Assembly (NCBI RefSeq): GCF_018350175.1
Contig: NC_058368.1
Location: forward strand, 226,426,001-226,490,000
Origin: Felis catus
Lineage: Eukaryota
Direction: 5' to 3'
Length of the DNA stretch: 64,000 nucleotides
In this document: in pieces, positions 11,885 through 25,140 of the stretch
Position numbering within the stretch: the first letter of the stretch is position 1
How the letters are laid out: every line of letters begins with the position of its first letter
Position numbers and translations under genes: made by a program
The notes under the pieces: generated by a model
Database searches by the model: none
What the model saw: only the letters and a program-made list of their open reading frames with translations
Told to the model about the DNA's origin: nothing

Positions 11885-12663
11885 CATTAAAACCTTGGTT
11901 TGCGAGCATTACATAATGTGTTCCGGAACCATGCTTGAAATCCAAAGCACTTACATACCTAAGAGAATTTCTCCATAAAAAAATCACGGCAACTCGGGTG
12001 ATTCGTTCCACAACCCAAAAATATTCATGTAAAAATGATTACAATGCGGTAATATAATACAAAATAATAAAGAAAATACACAATATAAAGAAAAGTACAC
12101 CAATGAACCTGCACTCACCTTTGAAAACCTTTGTGGCTGGTGTGAGGGAGACAGAGAGGAGGGTTATTGGGTAGGATGTCTTTCACTATCACTAATGGAA
12201 TCACTGCTATCTATTGGCTCCATGGAATCTTTTTCTTTTCATGCAGGTTTAACAAGGAACGTATCCAATGGTCTAGAATGAAGCAAAGCATTCCTGAGCT
12301 TACTCTTGTATGGAAAAGCAAACGACTGTCCATAGAAGTGACCAAAAATACATTACTGCCAGTTGTGGGCACCTTCCAACATTCTGAAAAATCACTGATT
12401 TCTGCCAAACACCCCAGCCCGACACTGAATATCTGCGCATGGGAGACGATCACCCACAATCCTGCAGCGAGAGAGAGACAGAGACAGAGACAGAGAAGAG
12501 AGAGAAGAAACATTGGCTCAGTGGTGACCATGTGACGTTCAGTGTCACGTACTACTCGTATTGCAAGACATCGCTCATTTATCAAATTAAAATTTATTAG
12601 AAATGTTTGCTCATCTTATGGAACGCTCGCAGAACAAGTCACTCGCAATCCAAGTTTTTACTG
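11885..12663 (+). mobile_element. Tigger-family non-autonomous DNA transposon (~780 bp)
   Basis: TIRs cattaaaaccttggtttgcgag ... ctcgcaatccaagtttttactg plus TA; no intact transposase ORF. Confidence 0.85.
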
Positions 12664-13164
12664 TATTTTCAACCTGGACACTCAGATGTCTTCCTGTCGT
12701 GTGGAGGTGGGCAGGGACAAGATTTTCCATAGAAACAGTTCTCAGCTGTTTGAACACAAGGACAGATGCTCAGTCAAGATCCTTAACAATCTTTGGCATG
12801 GAGTATTGTTATATACTTTTAGTTTGGAAAATATCCACAGCAGGTGTTACCAATTGCCCACTGTGCCCTTTAAAATACTCAGAATATTGAATTTTAAGCA
12901 ATTAAACTTTGGGTGAGCCTTCCAAGATAAACTGGCTATAATTTATGCCCTTTAATAGCCAAATAACTTGACCTATTTGTTTGATAGAAATCATTTAAAT
13001 GGGCACCAACAACTGCCAAATGAAGATTTCTGTTTTAACGTAAGTTCACGCACCTCCTATGTGTCAAATCTGGAAGAAAGACACATCAAGAAATAATTTA
13101 AATGCACTATACTGGATGTAAAGGTAGAGAGATACTCTCAGTTGCTATATAAAACATAACAATT

Positions 13165-13273
13165 TTTATTTTTATTTGTTTAAGTAGGATCCACACCCAA
13201 CATGGGGCCTGAACTCACTACCCTGAGACCAAGAGCCATAGGCTCTACTGACTGAGCCAGCCAGGCTCCCCCA
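13165..13273 (-). mobile_element. Short tRNA-Lys-derived carnivore SINE without (CT)n
   Basis: Reverse strand: ggggagcctggctggctcagtcagtagagcctatggctcttggtctcagggtagtgagttcaggccccatgttgggtgtggatcctacttaa plus A-rich tail. Confidence 0.85.
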
Positions 13274-13620
13274 TAAAATAGAAATACAGAGTGGAGTAGG
13301 GCTATCGATCTCAAAATTAGGGGACTACAAGAAGGTCCTTGAGGAGGAGATGTGGCTGAACTAAATCTTAAAGAATGAGAAAGTGGTCCTTGAAAAGGAA
13401 ATTGGGGAAGGTTGTTGTAGGTAAAGTTGATCGAATGAAATGGAGAGAACTTTGCCTCTCATCATCGTTAGGCAGCTGAATCCATCTTTCCTTGAGCATA
13501 TTTTCAGTATAAAAACTTGAAGCCATAGGGATGGCCCAAAGGAGAAAGCCTGGCTCTCTACACTGTCAAGAGACTACCACAAGGAACACAGTTACACTCT
13601 GTTATTTCAGGCCTCCTGGC

Positions 13621-13730
13621 TTTTCTTTGAAGATTCTATTTTTAAGGAATCTCTACACTCAATGTGGGGCATGCATTTATGCTGAGATCAAGAGTCTCAC
13701 ACTCTACTGATTGAGCCAGACAGGCACCCC
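13621..13730 (-). mobile_element. Short tRNA-Lys-derived carnivore SINE
   Basis: Same short layout; degenerate TSD aggcctcctggctttt / aggcctctaggctttt. Confidence 0.8.
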
Positions 13731-15457
13731 TAGGCCTCTAGGCTTTTTGACATTATTTTTCCTAATCGGACTGCCTGTCCTGGGCTTAAAGACTGAAATA
13801 CATATGCTCTAACCACTATTTTCTCTAAGTACTAAAGTCTTGGCAGTTCATCTGCCTTTTGTAAGATTTTCTCAGCCTTAGACATCCAGGATTAAATGAG
13901 GAGCCTTTAAAATATCTTCAAATGTGCATTCTCTCCAGTATTTTCATCTGTCAGTTTGTAGCTAAGAAGTGGGAAGTAAGGACTTGGAGAAAGAATGGAC
14001 CGATACAGACGTTGATCAGACATACTGGAAATAACAGAAAGTGCTGACTTCGGTACATTTAATTTCGCTCTCAAGACAAGTCTTGTTCTAGGCTTGTTCT
14101 GGGCCTGGCCTCTGGTAACCCAAGAAGAAATGTGAACCATGTCATCAAGCTTCTATAATATGTTTCTGGCCATTTTAAGCTCATTAAAAGCTCCATAAGG
14201 AGGCTAGGATGATGCACTTTAGGCGGTGAGCACTCAGTTGGGAATCAAAGAAACCCAAGTTTGCTTTTGATTTTTTTCTTACTGGGGCAGGTCGTCAAAC
14301 TACTGCGTTTCTCCCTTTCTGCATCGCCAAAATGGGACAACTGAGGTCGATGATTGCACCAACCCTGTGACTCTAATTCTCCTTCCGTACCGTAAGTTGT
14401 TAGAAGGAACTACTTATACTTCTTTGCATTTCAAATCTTTTGCATAATAGATTTTAGCAAAATCGCAGGTGACCTGGGATAGTATCCAGAAAAAAGATGG
14501 TAACTAATGCCTCCCACTGACCAAAATGCACATACCAATTCAGAAACTAGAAAACACTTAAAATAAAATGTCCAAAGGTTTATATTTTGCAGTAGGAATC
14601 GGAATACTGTCTACTTCTGATCAAAACATAACAGGTCTACTTCATTCAGATGCATGTGTGTTCCTTCCTTTGCTTGGCTAGAAGCCAGTGAAAACCTCAA
14701 ACAATTCTAAATAAGTAAATTGCAAAGTTACTCTAGTTAGAGGAGTTGTAAGATCTATTCAGTATTTTATAGCAACATATGTGGTGTTTTATTGGATTGA
14801 GACCTTGTATTCCACATAAAGTCCTATTTTTTTTTTTACCAAATAAAGATGATTTTACTGGATCCAGTTCAGATAATATTTAACATTTATGGACAAATTC
14901 CAAACTTCCTTTGTTTTCTAGTAATCATATACGAATAGAAGTGGTTTTGACAATTCCATGAATACATTTACTTCTGTCAGAAGCTGTATGAGCAAGCATA
15001 CAAGAAAACATCAGAAAATAAACACTGAAACTTGGACTTCCAAGGCATCCATCATAGCTTATGGATTTTATTAAATAAATGCCAAAATAATTAAATTACT
15101 GCAAAATTTTAACTAAATGTTTATTATTTATTTTGGCTTGAAATAAAAAAAAACCCTGAAAGTTTATAATATCTCATGTTACAAAATTAATATATCTGAT
15201 TTACTAAAATAAAAACATATCCCAATGAGTTAGGTTCACATCTGAAACTTGCAGACGGGTGTTGACACTGCTTATGCCTCTTGGAAACTCTTCTAACTTC
15301 TTGGAACTTCGGCCCCACATCTGTAAAAAGACTGGCCTGACAATTTTGAAAGTGTCTTCAACTTCTGAGAGTTTATGAATCAAAATAATAGCTTTCAAGA
15401 TGTACTGAGAGGACCCTGGAACTACTCTGTTACATGGATTGTAAAATTCTAATGTAC

Positions 15458-15684
15458 GGGTGCCTGGGTGGCTCAGTCGGTTGAGCATCTGACTTTGGCT
15501 CAGGTCTTGATCTCGTTGTTCGTGGGTTCAAGCCCCATGTCGAGCTCTGTGCTGACAGCTCAGAGCCTGGAGCCTGCTTCGGATTCTGTGTCTCCCTCTC
15601 TCTCTGCTCCTCCCCTACTCACGTTCTGTCTCTCTCTCTCTCTCTCTCAAAAATAAACATTAAAAAAATAAAAAATAAAAAAAA
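15458..15684 (+). mobile_element. Can-SINE
   Basis: Complete head, body, (CT)n and A tail. Confidence 0.95.
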
Positions 15685-16939
15685 GATATAAGGTAAAAAA
15701 AAAAATCAGCCAGTAGGTGAGACTAGGTTATTTAGACCAGGTGACATTGCTAAAAGGGGCTCACAGTGTTTGTCCACCGTGAAGAAGAAAACGATTATTG
15801 TTTTAAGTCAACAGATGTAATGTTCTCCTTTCAATCACAGCTTTTTCTTGGAAAATGCAAATGTTGGGAACCCTTAAGAACAGCAGAGGGAGCCACAATC
15901 ACAACCAAAACAAAAGAAAAAACTTGACATCACATCCAGAGCCAGGAAGTCCTAGCTGTGAGTCTGAGAAAATGAGCCATAGCCAGGTGGGAACAAAACA
16001 TTTTCAGGATGTATTGGGGAAACTGCCAATAAAAATGATTTACATTTAGTCTCAGCATGCATTTCTAGATCAAGGGCTGTGATTCTCTTTCTTGGGTATC
16101 TTCAGGAATATTCCATTCACTTTGGGACGCTGTATTTGCAAAGGAACTGTGCCAGGTTAAAGAACACCCATGGCAGGTGGGGCGGGGGTAGGAAGATATG
16201 TTTGGTGCACAGGGAATAACTGAAGACCGAGGGCTGGTGGAGCTTGAAGGCTAAGTTCTTGGGTGGTGGCTTTGTACACTGGAATGGTCTCCTGTGAAGC
16301 ACAGAAAAGGCTTGTGTGTCCCTGGAGGGCCCAGGTCTTGGATGCTGGAGCTCACAGGAGGGCAGCATTGGGGGGGCTATGGAAGAGAGCTCCAAAACAC
16401 GGGAATCCGCCCACAAGTGAGTCAGATAATGGGAAATTTCCAGGCAATGGCTGCCTGCCCTTCATTCACAGATCTCGGAGATTTATGAATCTGGTGAGCG
16501 GTTGGAGTTGATGACGAAGAACCTATCATTCTAATGCATGAATTACCCTTGTTGTTATGTCAAATTGCATAGAGTTTGATTTACTTCTAAAAACGAAGTA
16601 TGGGATTGCATATGCTTTGGAAACACAAGCCCATTATTTCTAAATAACGTGTACGATGACTATGATGGGCTCACAGATCTGTCATTAAAGCAAAGTAATG
16701 ATTATAATCGTTCCAATAAGAATGGTTCAAGAAGTCGCTAATGGTTATTCTCTATCTATCCGCAGTTGGACTCAGTGGAGCACCTGGTTATAGCATAGAT
16801 GCATATATTCATCCACACACATGCATGAACAGCTATACAGGCATATTTACATGCAGAAAGGGAAGAACAGCTTATATGGAAATGGACTTTCTTCCTGTTA
16901 AGCAGATCGGTCGTGTCTAGTTATCACGCAGGTAACACC

Positions 16940-17300
16940 AAGGCTTTGGAGGCTTGCTCGCCTGGTTTGGAATCCAGACTCTGCCACTTCTGGGGCCCTG
17001 GGCAGCTTACCCCATCTCAGGGGCTCTCAAGTGCATCAGCCTAGAGACTTGCCTGAATCGCAAATCCTCAGACCGCACCCCAGCCCCCCTGAATCAGAAA
17101 CTCTGTCCCAGGCATCTAGTTTAACGAGCCCTTTAGGTGACGTCTGATGCATACTGACATCTGAGAACCACTGTCCCATCTTCGTGTGCCTCAGTTTCTT
17201 TGGCTATAAAATGAGACAATTTGTGTTGTTGTGAGAAATACATGACTTAATAGATATCTCCAGTGCATAGTACATGCAAAGCAATATGTAAGTGTTGTTT
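16940..17300 (+). mobile_element. MIR, interrupted by MER5A
   Basis: 'ggctttggaggc...tggaatccagactctgccactt' and 'gtgcctcagtttctttggctataaaatgag...gttgttgtgagaaatacatgac'. Confidence 0.8.
17018..17173. mobile_element. MER5A hAT-Charlie MITE
   Basis: Ends 'caggggctctcaa' and 'tgagaaccactg'; internal 'ctgaatcagaaactctg'; 8-bp TSD ccccatct / tcccatct. Confidence 0.88.
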
Positions 17301-18309
17301 AATATTACTATATAATCTCAATAGCTGTTAAGAGAAAAAAAAGTGACACTGACTGGAACGTGAATGTTATTTGGAGATACCCTGTGAAATGTGGAATGGA
17401 GAAATATCCAGGCTCATAGACCAGGGCTTACAGGACTTCCTAGAGAAGAAAGGCCAATCACATGGTGTTCATCAGAAAGCAGCCCTATCACCCTCACTGC
17501 CTGCATCTACACCTACTGCTCTAGCAAGCTTTCTGAAGGGCATCATTTGGGTTAAGGCTGGCCCACCTCAGACCCCAAGGATGATTTTTACGGAGGCAGG
17601 CAAAGGAACTTTGTCTAAAATGCCACGTCTTCATGTCCATTCCCAAGATGGAAGCTGGCTGCGGCCCTGCGGTTCTCCATTACTGAGAAGTTAGAGACTA
17701 TTTCCCCCAGGCGCTAGAAGGGTAAGGGGAAACTGGGGCTTTCCAGGCACTTTCAGCTCATCCCCTGAAATCTGAGAAAAGTCAGTCCTGACTTTTTTGA
17801 TGGTGATGAGTGAAGGCTGTGGAGTTTCTTCGATCCTTTAAAGTTTGGGGAGTCTTCAATCCTCAGTTTCTAAATATGTACCCCAGGAGTGGTGGCGGTG
17901 GTGACAGTCCTTTCCTCACAGGCTGCGAGCATCAGATAAGAGAAGGGATAAAATGGCTACCATCTAGTGCCTGCTTTCACCATTGCTCAAGTATTAATTT
18001 CACACATTCTGAGAGGTGAAGTAAATCGCCCAACATCCCACAGCCAGCAGATGGCAGAGTTAGCAGCAGGGCATGTCTGACTCTAGAATGCATGTGTTCT
18101 GCCCTGGGCACTGCTTTCTTAAGAGCTGCCATTTTATGGCAACTTGAGATAGGTCTCCCTTTGGAATTACTGGAGACGTGGTTCAAGCACCATTATGAAA
18201 TTAAAAAAAAAAAAATCTTCACAATGGGAAGACCGATGCTCATAATCTAAAAAAAGACTGAAGGAAAGATAGGTCTAGTCAGTAAAATAGATACAATTAT
18301 AATCTTTAA

Positions 18310-18531
18310 AAAAAGTTTATTTATTTATTTTTGAGAGAAAGAGGGAGAGAGAATACAAGCAGGGGAAAGGCAGAGAAAGAGAGAGCGAGAGGGAGGCAGA
18401 GAATCCCGAGCAGGCTCCGTGCTGTCAACGCGTAGCCCAACGCGGGGCTCAAACTCACGGACTGCAAGATCGTGACCTGAGCCCAAATCGAGAGTTGGAC
18501 GCTTAACCGACTGACCCACCCGGGTGCCCCC
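18310..18531 (-). mobile_element. Can-SINE
   Basis: Full SINEC; TSD approx. aattataat. Confidence 0.94.
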
Positions 18532-20402
18532 AAATTATAATTTTAATGGATGAAATTGCCAATGATTTCTTACCTTTGGAAATTAACTCATCATGAAGCT
18601 ACCCAATTAAGAAATCATTTACCGAGGACATACCATGTGTTGGGCCCTCTTCAGTGGATGGGAAAACAAAGTTGAGTAGCAGGTGTCCTCACCATCAGGG
18701 AGGCAGTATTCCCATAGCACTGTGACTTACCTCTATCACAGCATTTACTGCTCCAGATCTATTCCATCAGGATTTCTGAGGAAGTATCTCTTAAAATCTC
18801 CTTAGCTAACACTAAGCTGCAGCCAAGACTGAGACAGCAGGGTTAAGGACCCCATTCAAGTCCTGGGATTTATTCTCTCCTCACCGGCCTGCGTGCGGCC
18901 AGGTGTTCCTTCCTAACCAACCATCCTTCCTGATGGGCAAAAATCTGGAGCTACCACCAGATGCAAGGGTGTGGTCAAGTCTTCAAAAATAAAAGCATTA
19001 AGAGCGAGAAGAGAGAATTCCGTCGACAGGAAATGGGAAAATTGACATTGAATGCTATGGAGGAAGTCCACAAATGGACCTCAGAAGACTAGCAAGACCG
19101 CGGTCTAGGAGCAGTTTCTCGTATGGAGCTTGGCCCCGAAGGGAAGAAGGAGGGAAAACGGCACTTGAACTGTGGGAGGAAAAATGGAGGGAAGAAGGGA
19201 GAGAGAGTGAGAGAGAGAAGTTAAGATGAGGGAGGCTTCAGTGTTTGTGGTTAATAAAAAAAGAGGGAAAGATATGCTCAAGATATATTCAAGTGAACAC
19301 AGGCAGAGGATAAGCCACAGAGCACTCTCAGAGGAGAGAGAAAGGAACGGGGTCCAAGATCAGGTGCAATGAAGGTACCGTGAGGAGGTGAGAGTGCGTC
19401 CAGATGAGGACAGGGCCAGAGCCTGGGCAGGTCAGTGTTGAGTGTAGCCCTAGAAGCTGTGCTGCTGAAGCCAGCCGGAGATCCGAGCACTCAACAGGCT
19501 TGTAACATTACGTGCGAGAGGACTTCAGAGATACAGGCTGGAGTTCGTTCCAAAAACAAACAAACAAACAAACAAAACTTTGGGTTCCAGCATTTGCAAG
19601 GAATGCAAAACAATCCTAGCATTTATATTTGCCCTAGATTCTGGATAAACAGAGCTGGTTTGTTTTCATTCTAGAACTCAACAGGGGGCCCAGCCTCACC
19701 TTCCAATACCATTTGGAAAAGGAGGAGAAGCCACAAGAAGAGTTTTGCTGCGAGACATTGGTTCCTCTTTCTGTCGTCTAAGATTATCAGCCACAACAGA
19801 ACCCGGCAAGGCAAGACTGCACATCGTCCCCCTTTTGCAGGTTCTCTTTCCAGCATTAGGACTCAGATGGGGTTAAGCTGGGAAGTACGTGGATGGCTAA
19901 GTCTGCACGCGCATTATCCTGGGGCTGGTTACAACTCCTAACAAAAAAATCTTTAACTTGCACACTGATTGACATCAAGCTAACTCAGTGCTCTCCTGGC
20001 TTTAACTGTGATGCTTTTAAGAGAGTAGCTGATATTAAAACGTATATTATCTTGTACTAGAACCTTTTCTCCCCCCTCCATTGGCCTTCATTTTAAAATA
20101 CCAGATTCAAAGTGAAAAGAAAAAAAGGTATAATTTGACTTTGTTTCCAGCTTTTTAAAATACGTTGAGATCACTCTTGGAATGAGGTACACAAAAGTTT
20201 AGTAATAATCATAATGATAACGTAATAGGTGTTTTTTAAACTTTAGATGTCCAAACATCCAGATGTTTGGCCTGTGCTGAAGGTATCCAGATGACTGATT
20301 GCATCCTTGTGGTTTTCATACACCCACAGGACTTTATGGAGCCACAAGCCTATGAGCTGCAACAATGTAATTAGAGATCCAAATTATTCTCCTATCATGT
20401 AG

Positions 20403-20582
20403 GACCCTTGTGAGCAACCAAGGTCTGCAGGCTAAATCCAGCCCTGACCGTTACTTTACAGACCGTCTCTGGAGGCTTTCACGCCACAAGGCAGAGCTGA
20501 GTGGTTCCAGGGCAGATCCTGAGGTCCCCGGTGCCAACAATGTTTCCTACCTGGCCCTTTGTGGAAAATGTCTGCCAATCCT
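20403..20582. mobile_element. MER58A-like hAT MITE
   Basis: 'gcaggctaaatccagccc...gccacaaggcagagctgagtggtt...cctggccctttgtggaaaatgtctgccaatcct'. Confidence 0.7.
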
Positions 20583-21096
20583 TCACGTAGATCATCTCCT
20601 TTCCTTAGCTAATTGTCTTTCTAGGACCATTGTTAGGAAGTTACAATAAATCAGGAGACTTTACATGCACACGAACGACACACGCTTTGAGAAAATGTAC
20701 TAATGAGCTTGGCCATCGTTCAGAGGCGAGCTTCTGTTTTGGAGGCCATTGGGTTAACCGCCCTTTGCCTTGAAAATCATTATGCCTTCGTGAGGAAAAG
20801 GGCTGACTTCAGATGCACTGGTAAACAAATAGCTAAAATGTTTTTCACAGTTTCCATTTTTATAATTTTAAATGACGCAAATCATAAGAAATGATGGAGC
20901 ATCATCTTCACCTCAATTAGATTTAAGTCCCACCAAATTTTATTACTTAGCATTATTAATGTGCTTATTTCATGACCAATATTAAATTGACATTTCAATA
21001 GAGAAAGCTAATGAATAAAGAAAATGTCTAAAAATAATGAGGTGACTATATTTTCTGTATCATTTAGAATGTAAAGTTTTGCAGTATTTACTTTTT

Positions 21097-21319
21097 TTTT
21101 TTTAATTTTTTTTTCAACGTTTTTATTTATTTTTGGGACAGAGAGAGACAGAGCATGAATGGGGGAGGGGCAGAGAGAGAGGGAGACACAGAATCGGAAA
21201 CAGGCTCCAGGCTCCAAGCCATCAGCCCAGAGCCCCACGCTGGGCTCGAACTCCCGGACCGCGAGATCGTGACCTGGCTGAAGTCGGACGTTTAACCGAC
21301 TGCGCCACCCAGGCGCCCC
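21097..21319 (-). mobile_element. Can-SINE, young feline SINEC_Fc type
   Basis: GGCGCAGTCGG diagnostic; perfect TSD tgcagtatttacttttt. Confidence 0.97.
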
Positions 21320-21689
21320 TGCAGTATTTACTTTTTAATCCTATTATTTAGTGGATTTTTAAAAGAAAGGGTTGATTTAGCTACCTTAGAACTCACAATT
21401 CCTAACAAATCTGGATCAGTAAGTATTGACTAAAAAAAACCCATCAAATTTCTATTTTGACATCTAGCTATGAAAAAACAAACTTCAAGTGATCCTTCCT
21501 TTTTCATTAGTTTAAGAAACTGGAAAAAAAAAGCCATAGCATATCTATGATCTACAGATTCTTAGGTTCTCATTTAAACATGATCTGAGAATCTCTCCTA
21601 GTATAGATATGCTTTGTCAGATTTTATCTCTCCGTGAATACCATACACATACTGTTTTATTTACTATATTAACATATGATACTAGCATT

Positions 21690-21800
21690 ATATACGTGTA
21701 AGCACATATACATATATATGCATATATACGTATACATAAGTTTATATACACATGTATACGGATACATGCAGGTCTGTGTGTGTGTGTATGCGTGTTTATA
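21690..21800. repeat. Degenerate (TA)/(CA)/(TG) microsatellite
   Basis: Alternating purine-pyrimidine run seen directly. Confidence 0.8.
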
Positions 21801-22012
21801 TAGTACTGTGGCTGAATAATGATAGAATGTCTATCATAGCACTATCATCACAAAGATGTTCTCTACGACTCCTGTTGATTCAATGTCGTGTAGAACTGCC
21901 ATTAAAGGAAATACAAAGACTTGAAGCTCGATCACAGAGAAGCATGCCTTCTCTTGCCTTTATTTCCAAGATGAATCTGCTGATATCCAGTCTCTAAACT
22001 TTATCACCTATG

Positions 22013-22173
22013 TATTAATTATTGTTATTATTATTATCATTATTATTATTTTTAAGTAGGCTTCATGCCCAGTGCAGAGCCCAAGGCAGGGCTTGAACTC
22101 ACAACCCTGAGATCAATATTTGAGCTGAGATGAAGAGTCGGACGGTTAACCAACTGAGCCACCCGGGTGCCCC
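22013..22173 (-). mobile_element. Short Can-SINE with (ATT)n tail
   Basis: 'aagtaggcttcatgcccagtgcagagccc...gagccacccgggtgcccc'; TSD approx. ttatcacc. Confidence 0.88.
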
Positions 22174-22182
22174 TTATCACCC

Positions 22183-22398
22183 ATTTATCTATTTATTTTT
22201 TAAAGTTTATTTATTTATTTTGAGACAGAGAGTGTGTGCACATGGGCACGCAAGTCAGGGATGGGCGGAGAGAGAGCATCCCAAGCAGGTTCTGCACTGT
22301 CAGCACGGAGCCCGGCTCGAGCCTCCGTCTCACGAACCATGAGGTCATGACTTGAGCTGAGATCAAGAGTCCTACCAACTGAGCCACCCAGGCACCCC
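22183..22398 (-). mobile_element. Can-SINE
   Basis: Second SINE directly adjacent to the previous one. Confidence 0.9.
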
Positions 22399-22469
22399 TC
22401 ACCTCACTTGGCTGCCACCATGCGGGCATCCATCTGTGACAAAGCTTCAGACACTTCCCCCATCACTTT

Positions 22470-22615
22470 CTGACTTGTTGAGAGGGGTGTCATTCCCCTT
22501 TTACAGGCGAGAAAACTGAGGTGTGGGCAGAGTGGGTGACTGGCCCAAAGTCTGCAGCTGAATCTGGGACTTGGTCCCGCGTTTTTGGGCTCAAAGTCCA
22601 GGCAATTTCCTACTA
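22470..22615 (-). mobile_element. MIR
   Basis: 'ccccttttacaggcgagaaaactgaggtgtgggcagagtgggtgactggcccaaagtc'. Confidence 0.75.
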
Positions 22616-22616
22616 T

Positions 22617-22839
22617 TTAAAAAAAATTTTTTTTTTAATATTTATTTATTTTTGAGAGCAAGAGAGACAGAGCACGAGTTGGGGAGGGGAGAGAGAGAGG
22701 GAGACACAGAATCCAAAGCAGGCTCCAGGCTCTGAGCTGTCAGCACAGAGCCCGACGTGGGGCTGAAACTCATGGACCACGAGATCATGACCTGAGCTGA
22801 AGTCGGACGCTTGACTGACTGAGCCACCCAAGTGCCCCC
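22617..22839 (-). mobile_element. Can-SINE
   Basis: Full SINEC; TSD ggcaatttcctacta / ggcaatttcttatta. Confidence 0.95.
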
Positions 22840-25140
22840 ATGGGCAATTTCTTATTACCTCTCGTTCAGCCACAAACTTCTCATGGATCTAAACACAAAC
22901 AACCTACACAGAAATTAGGAGAAGTTCTTTTAAACTTTGGTTTTTCACAGAAGTGGATCGGTTAAGGAATTACACTTCATTTTCCGACAAAAACTTCTTA
23001 AGATTATTTTGTATGAAATAACAAAATAGACCGATCTCTCAACAGGAAATTTTGAGTAGATTACTAACTTTGCGGTCTTCATAATGAAAAACATAAGTAG
23101 CTACAATGTAAGATATTTAAAGCAGCTTTGAGTGTAAGGGTGGCATCTAAAACATGTCAAATATCTGTGCCATGACAGCGTGAGCTACATTTTTTTTTTT
23201 TAACCTGTGTGCGGATGCCAATGCAAAACCATGATGAGGATTAAGGCAGCACTGAGCAGGGGGTCTCTGGTAATTTTTCATCTCATCGATGAGGAAATTG
23301 TAGCCAGGAGAGCCCAGGACTACACTCACAGCCAGTCAGGATCAGATTCAGTAGTCTTATCACCAAATCGTGCTTCTCTACTGCCGGGTTTATGTCAGGA
23401 TTTGGCTATCAAATTAATTCAGTGTTCACTGCATCCGAAAAGGCATGACCTGGACGGATGCACAAAGCAAAGGCCATTCACGGCATGAGAGGGGTCACCA
23501 TCTCCAAAAAGAAAGGAGATCCTTCTGCTGTTAGATTTTACCATATCCATTCACTCCCACACCCTCACGGCTTTCTCAAACTTACAGCCAGAAACAGAAA
23601 CAAAAACCACCCAAACTTAAGAAATTAAACCCTTTTTATGTGTATACCTATGAGCAGAAGTGAACAGAGGTAGATGAGTTACAAGAGAAACAGGTTATTT
23701 TGGTAACCTCCCTCCACCAGCTAATTTCTGAGTACTTTCTATCAGAGTGGTAAGATCAAGTCTAAAGAAATGGTAATAATCGTTCTGAATATAGGAGTTT
23801 AGTTTTGAACATCCAAACATTTCCAAGTACCTCAAAACATTTTAATTATGCTTTGTATCTAAGTCTTGAGGTAGACGTGGAAAATTTCTATCATGCTGGT
23901 AAGGATCCAACAGCACTTTTCACATATAAACATCTTTTCACAGCCCTTTCCAGACATTTTGAAATGAAACCTATATTACAAATTAATCTAAAATAAATTA
24001 CATTTTTCTCAATTGCAGCCATTGGCTGTCACCTTCCTAAAAGCACCCTTCAGCCAAAACTCCGGTATCTAGCCATTTGATTTAGTGCAGGCTACTGAGG
24101 TTTGATGAAAGCAAGAAAGTGTGAAAACTTAAAACCTTTAAAGCAAATACAGGACATTTTATAGGTGATGAAAATAATTGAGTATAAATCCTGTATTTTA
24201 TTTCAATCTTTCACAAAATTGTCCTGTCCTAAATAGTCAAGTGTCTTGATTGAGTAGAACTTAATGTTCCAAAAATAATCTATCAAGGCAGAGTTTCCCC
24301 ATTAGCAGCATATGACTCTCATCACCTTCAAATATTTCTCATTAAATAGGGATTAATTCACAAGGCCCTTACTCCACTCAGGGCCCACTGTAAATATGCA
24401 ATAGTTCAGGGAAAGTTGCTAACATCATTATCAAAGGCACTAATGTCCTAAAGAGCTTAGCAAGTTTGCCTGTATAATGAGTCCATAAAGAATTCTGTTT
24501 CCATGGAGGCTGGACAGCTATTCTGCATTGAAGCCCTATTCGAAGTTGTACGCTTATGTTTCCTTCTCTCTAAGAGGCATCTCGTGGCGTCTCTTCCTTT
24601 CTTCATTTTGTTCAAGCGGTCAGAGAATTAGCTGCAAAAAGCGTTATCAAATGCCAGTCATGATAGAGAAAGATTCCAACGGTATCTCCAACCCGGAGTG
24701 AGGAAGTGGGTGGAAAAACTGGCACCAGCTTGTTGGTAGAGCGCAAAAAAAGGAAATTCATAATTTCGGAAAGAGTTGTTAAGTGCATAACGTCCTGTGT
24801 CAAACTAAGAATGCATTCTGGAGATAGGACAGCATGGAAACAATGGCTCATTAGAGACTGAACTCATCGGCGGGGTTGCTTAGGGTCGGACTCATCAGCA
24901 GCCCTCTGCAACGGCACGACTCAAAGGCAAGAACGCCAACACAGAGCTGGGCCGCCACCGTGATCTGCCAAGTGGGTGTTCCATGGGAAGATCTGGAGAT
25001 CTGTTTTGTTTTTGTTCGGTAAAGCCAGAGCCCTACAGCTTTCTCTTGGGCACGATAGCATATTCAAGGGCTCCGCTAAATGAGGTGTCCCTAAGCATGT
25101 CTCAAACCAATCTTGTTACGGAAGATTTTCGTGACCGCAC

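Noticed and set aside
12167..12916. Overlapping ~120-aa ORFs as a transposase
   Set aside because: No recognisable HTH-CENPB or DDE motifs; element is a short non-autonomous derivative.
13165..13730. tRNA-Lys-like sequences as tRNA genes
   Set aside because: Mutated A/B boxes and stems, A-rich tails and TSDs indicate SINEs or retroposed copies.
14041..14070. 'gtgctgacttcggtacat' resembling the U6 snRNA 5' end
   Set aside because: Similarity ends after about 13 nt; no ACAGAGA box or remaining U6 sequence.
20251..20270. Short hairpins such as ccaaacatc-ca-gatgtttgg (also near 27006 and 39382) as terminators
   Set aside because: 8-9-bp stems are expected by chance in 64 kb and intrinsic terminators do not apply to mammalian DNA.
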